Shown here in pieces: positions 62,236-64,000 of a DNA stretch of 64,000 bases. Under the pieces are notes generated by a model that did no database searches, was not told the origin of the DNA, and saw only the letters and a program-made list of their open reading frames with translations. The first letter of the stretch is position 1. Every line of letters begins with the position of its first letter. The position numbers were made by a program, and so were the translations under genes. Source of the DNA: Leptogorgia sarmentosa (Eukaryota); contig OZ210885.1 of assembly GCA_964658305.1 (NCBI GenBank), positions 15,500,001 to 15,564,000 of the forward strand, read 5' to 3'.

Positions 62236-64000
62236 TCGCTTACCAGTCAAAACGGCCCCAGGTCAAAACAGCCCCAAGTCAAAACGGCCCCTAGTCAAAA
62301 CGGCCCCATTACTTAGTCAAAACGGCCCCATTACTTAGTCAAAACGGCCCCAAGTTGAAGTTAACCCTTTACTGTATGGCATTTCCTAGAGTTTAGGCAG
62401 AGTAAAAGTGTAAAAGGCTCTGAATTTTGCATTGACAATGACAATATCAACAATGTTTGTAAATAGTTAAAATATACATAGTTAAATTCATTTCCAGCCG
62501 ATAATTTTAAGAAGTATAAAAATAAACATACTCTGAATAAAAGATCCATCTTGAACTCAATATTTGAGATGAAGCAAGAGGAGACAATTATGATAGTGAT
62601 ATTTCGAATTTATTTCAAATTCATATTTAAAAATAACAAAAAAATATAAATAAGTTTATGTTCAAAATATACCGCAGCTTCTATAGGAAGACCAGAAACT
62701 ATTAATTTTGTAAATTAGTACTACTGATAGGACCACCGTTTATAAATAAATAATTATTCTATTCTATTCTATTCTACAGTTTCGCGAAAATTGTTCACTG
62801 CAAGTGGTGAATTGCAAAATTAATAGCGCTCATATATTTCTTATATTATCATGATACAAAAATTATAATACAAAAATACTGTGATACAAAAATTATAATA
62901 CAAAAATACTGTGTATACACAGGGCCCATAAACCAGTCAAGTGTTAGTCCATGTTTGCTGCGACGAGGTGGGCACACCTGGACAACAGCCGCTTTGCGGT
63001 CAAATCACCAGCAATATATTCAGACCAATTGGCCAATATTTTCCCCTGTACTTGTCGGTACTGTTTCCGCTGTCTTCTCTTTAATTTTTCATCTGACACC
63101 AAACGCACCTGCATGTCAACAAGTTGGGCTTGTTCGTGCAGGAGTCTCACCATCAGATACAGTGAAAGGTTTCCGCGTTTGGCATGTCGGTTGAGCATAC
63201 CATGCCAACCTTCTACATCATTATTGGTCCTGACTGCTTGACCAAAGACACTCCATGTTTCTGGTGTCCACAGCTCCCCTAATCAATCACAATAGGACAT
63301 GTTTGTTAATTATACTTAGTACATAGATCTGGACTGTAATACACCTGGTATAGAGTAAAACTCACAATTAGTAACGTAAACGAACATTGGTAACATGAAC
63401 CAATAGTAAATTAGCTAAAAGGAGAAATGTGGTGAACTGCCAAAAGTGTTTAGGTCGGCTGACGTTTCGAGCGAAAGCCCTTCATATCAGGGCACGTTGA
63501 GCAACCTAAACACGTTTAGTTCACCACAGTTCTACTTTTGGCGTTGTACTGCACACTGCACACGCAACACAACAGTTAATTACCTTCAATCCAGTTTGAA
63601 CGAATATATGTAGCCAACTCGGTCAATAACGGTGTGGTGGCTTTGGCTGCTAGGTTCTCGAACATGGTTGGGATGTGCTCTTTTGGCAAATAAGGAAGGG
63701 CCAAGAATTGCCTACACAGCTTGTGTATCGCATCATCATTCTTGTAAGCTGGGGCTAGACCGATATTTTGGATTTTCCTCCAAATGCATTGTGCCCAATG
63801 GAATGAGCACCCATGGATGGATACATCTGGGAAAACCTGTGGTATGGCTCTCCACAAAGCACTCTCGAAATCAATCACTATCTTTTGCACTTTTCTGGTA
63901 TCTGTGGTGATGCACTTGATGGCTCTGAGAACCTTCCGGTAGTCCATTTTGCGTTTTCCTGACATCAATACAAATGCAAGTGGCACTTGCTTGGTACATT
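62236..64000 (-). mobile_element. Mutator/MULE element, 3' part, with tandem-repeat terminus
   Basis: Six GTCAAAACGGCCCC-like repeats at 62245-62351; transposase VIDFESAL, GCSFHWAQ, LALPYLP, RTNNDVEGWH; intron 63282-63578. Confidence 0.9.

Noticed and set aside
62245..62351. Six short direct repeats resembling a CRISPR array
   Set aside because: Spacers are 1-7 nt and partly identical; this is a MULE terminal repeat array in eukaryotic DNA.

Overview
AT-rich metazoan genomic DNA (spliceosomal GT-AG introns; the repeat families suggest a cnidarian or other marine invertebrate, which is inference). The window is almost entirely nested, mostly decayed transposable elements, and no conventional host gene, RNA gene or CRISPR array was recognised. 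In order, it contains: a P-element-like transposase pseudogene carrying a Cys-rich insert, a SAP motif and NHL beta-propeller repeats; a Gypsy 5' fragment; hAT fragments; a MULE with Ulp1, SWIM and PHD domains; a complete two-gene Kolobok (THAP-transposase plus KolX); IS3EU-like integrase and HECT fragments; a second Kolobok; two full-length hATs; a Harbinger; a P-type foldback MITE; two Penelope-like elements with hammerhead ribozymes; a 2.9-kb mini-Polinton; a BEL/Pao element with both LTRs; a RAG1/Transib-like transposase convergent with an unknown ORF behind an RSS-like end; and a second MULE. The strongest candidates for something undescribed are the propeller-fused P-like transposase (1-3100), the RAG1-like two-gene element (58026-62235) and the mini-Polinton with asymmetric tips. 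All protein-family calls come from motif recognition by eye, not from database searches.
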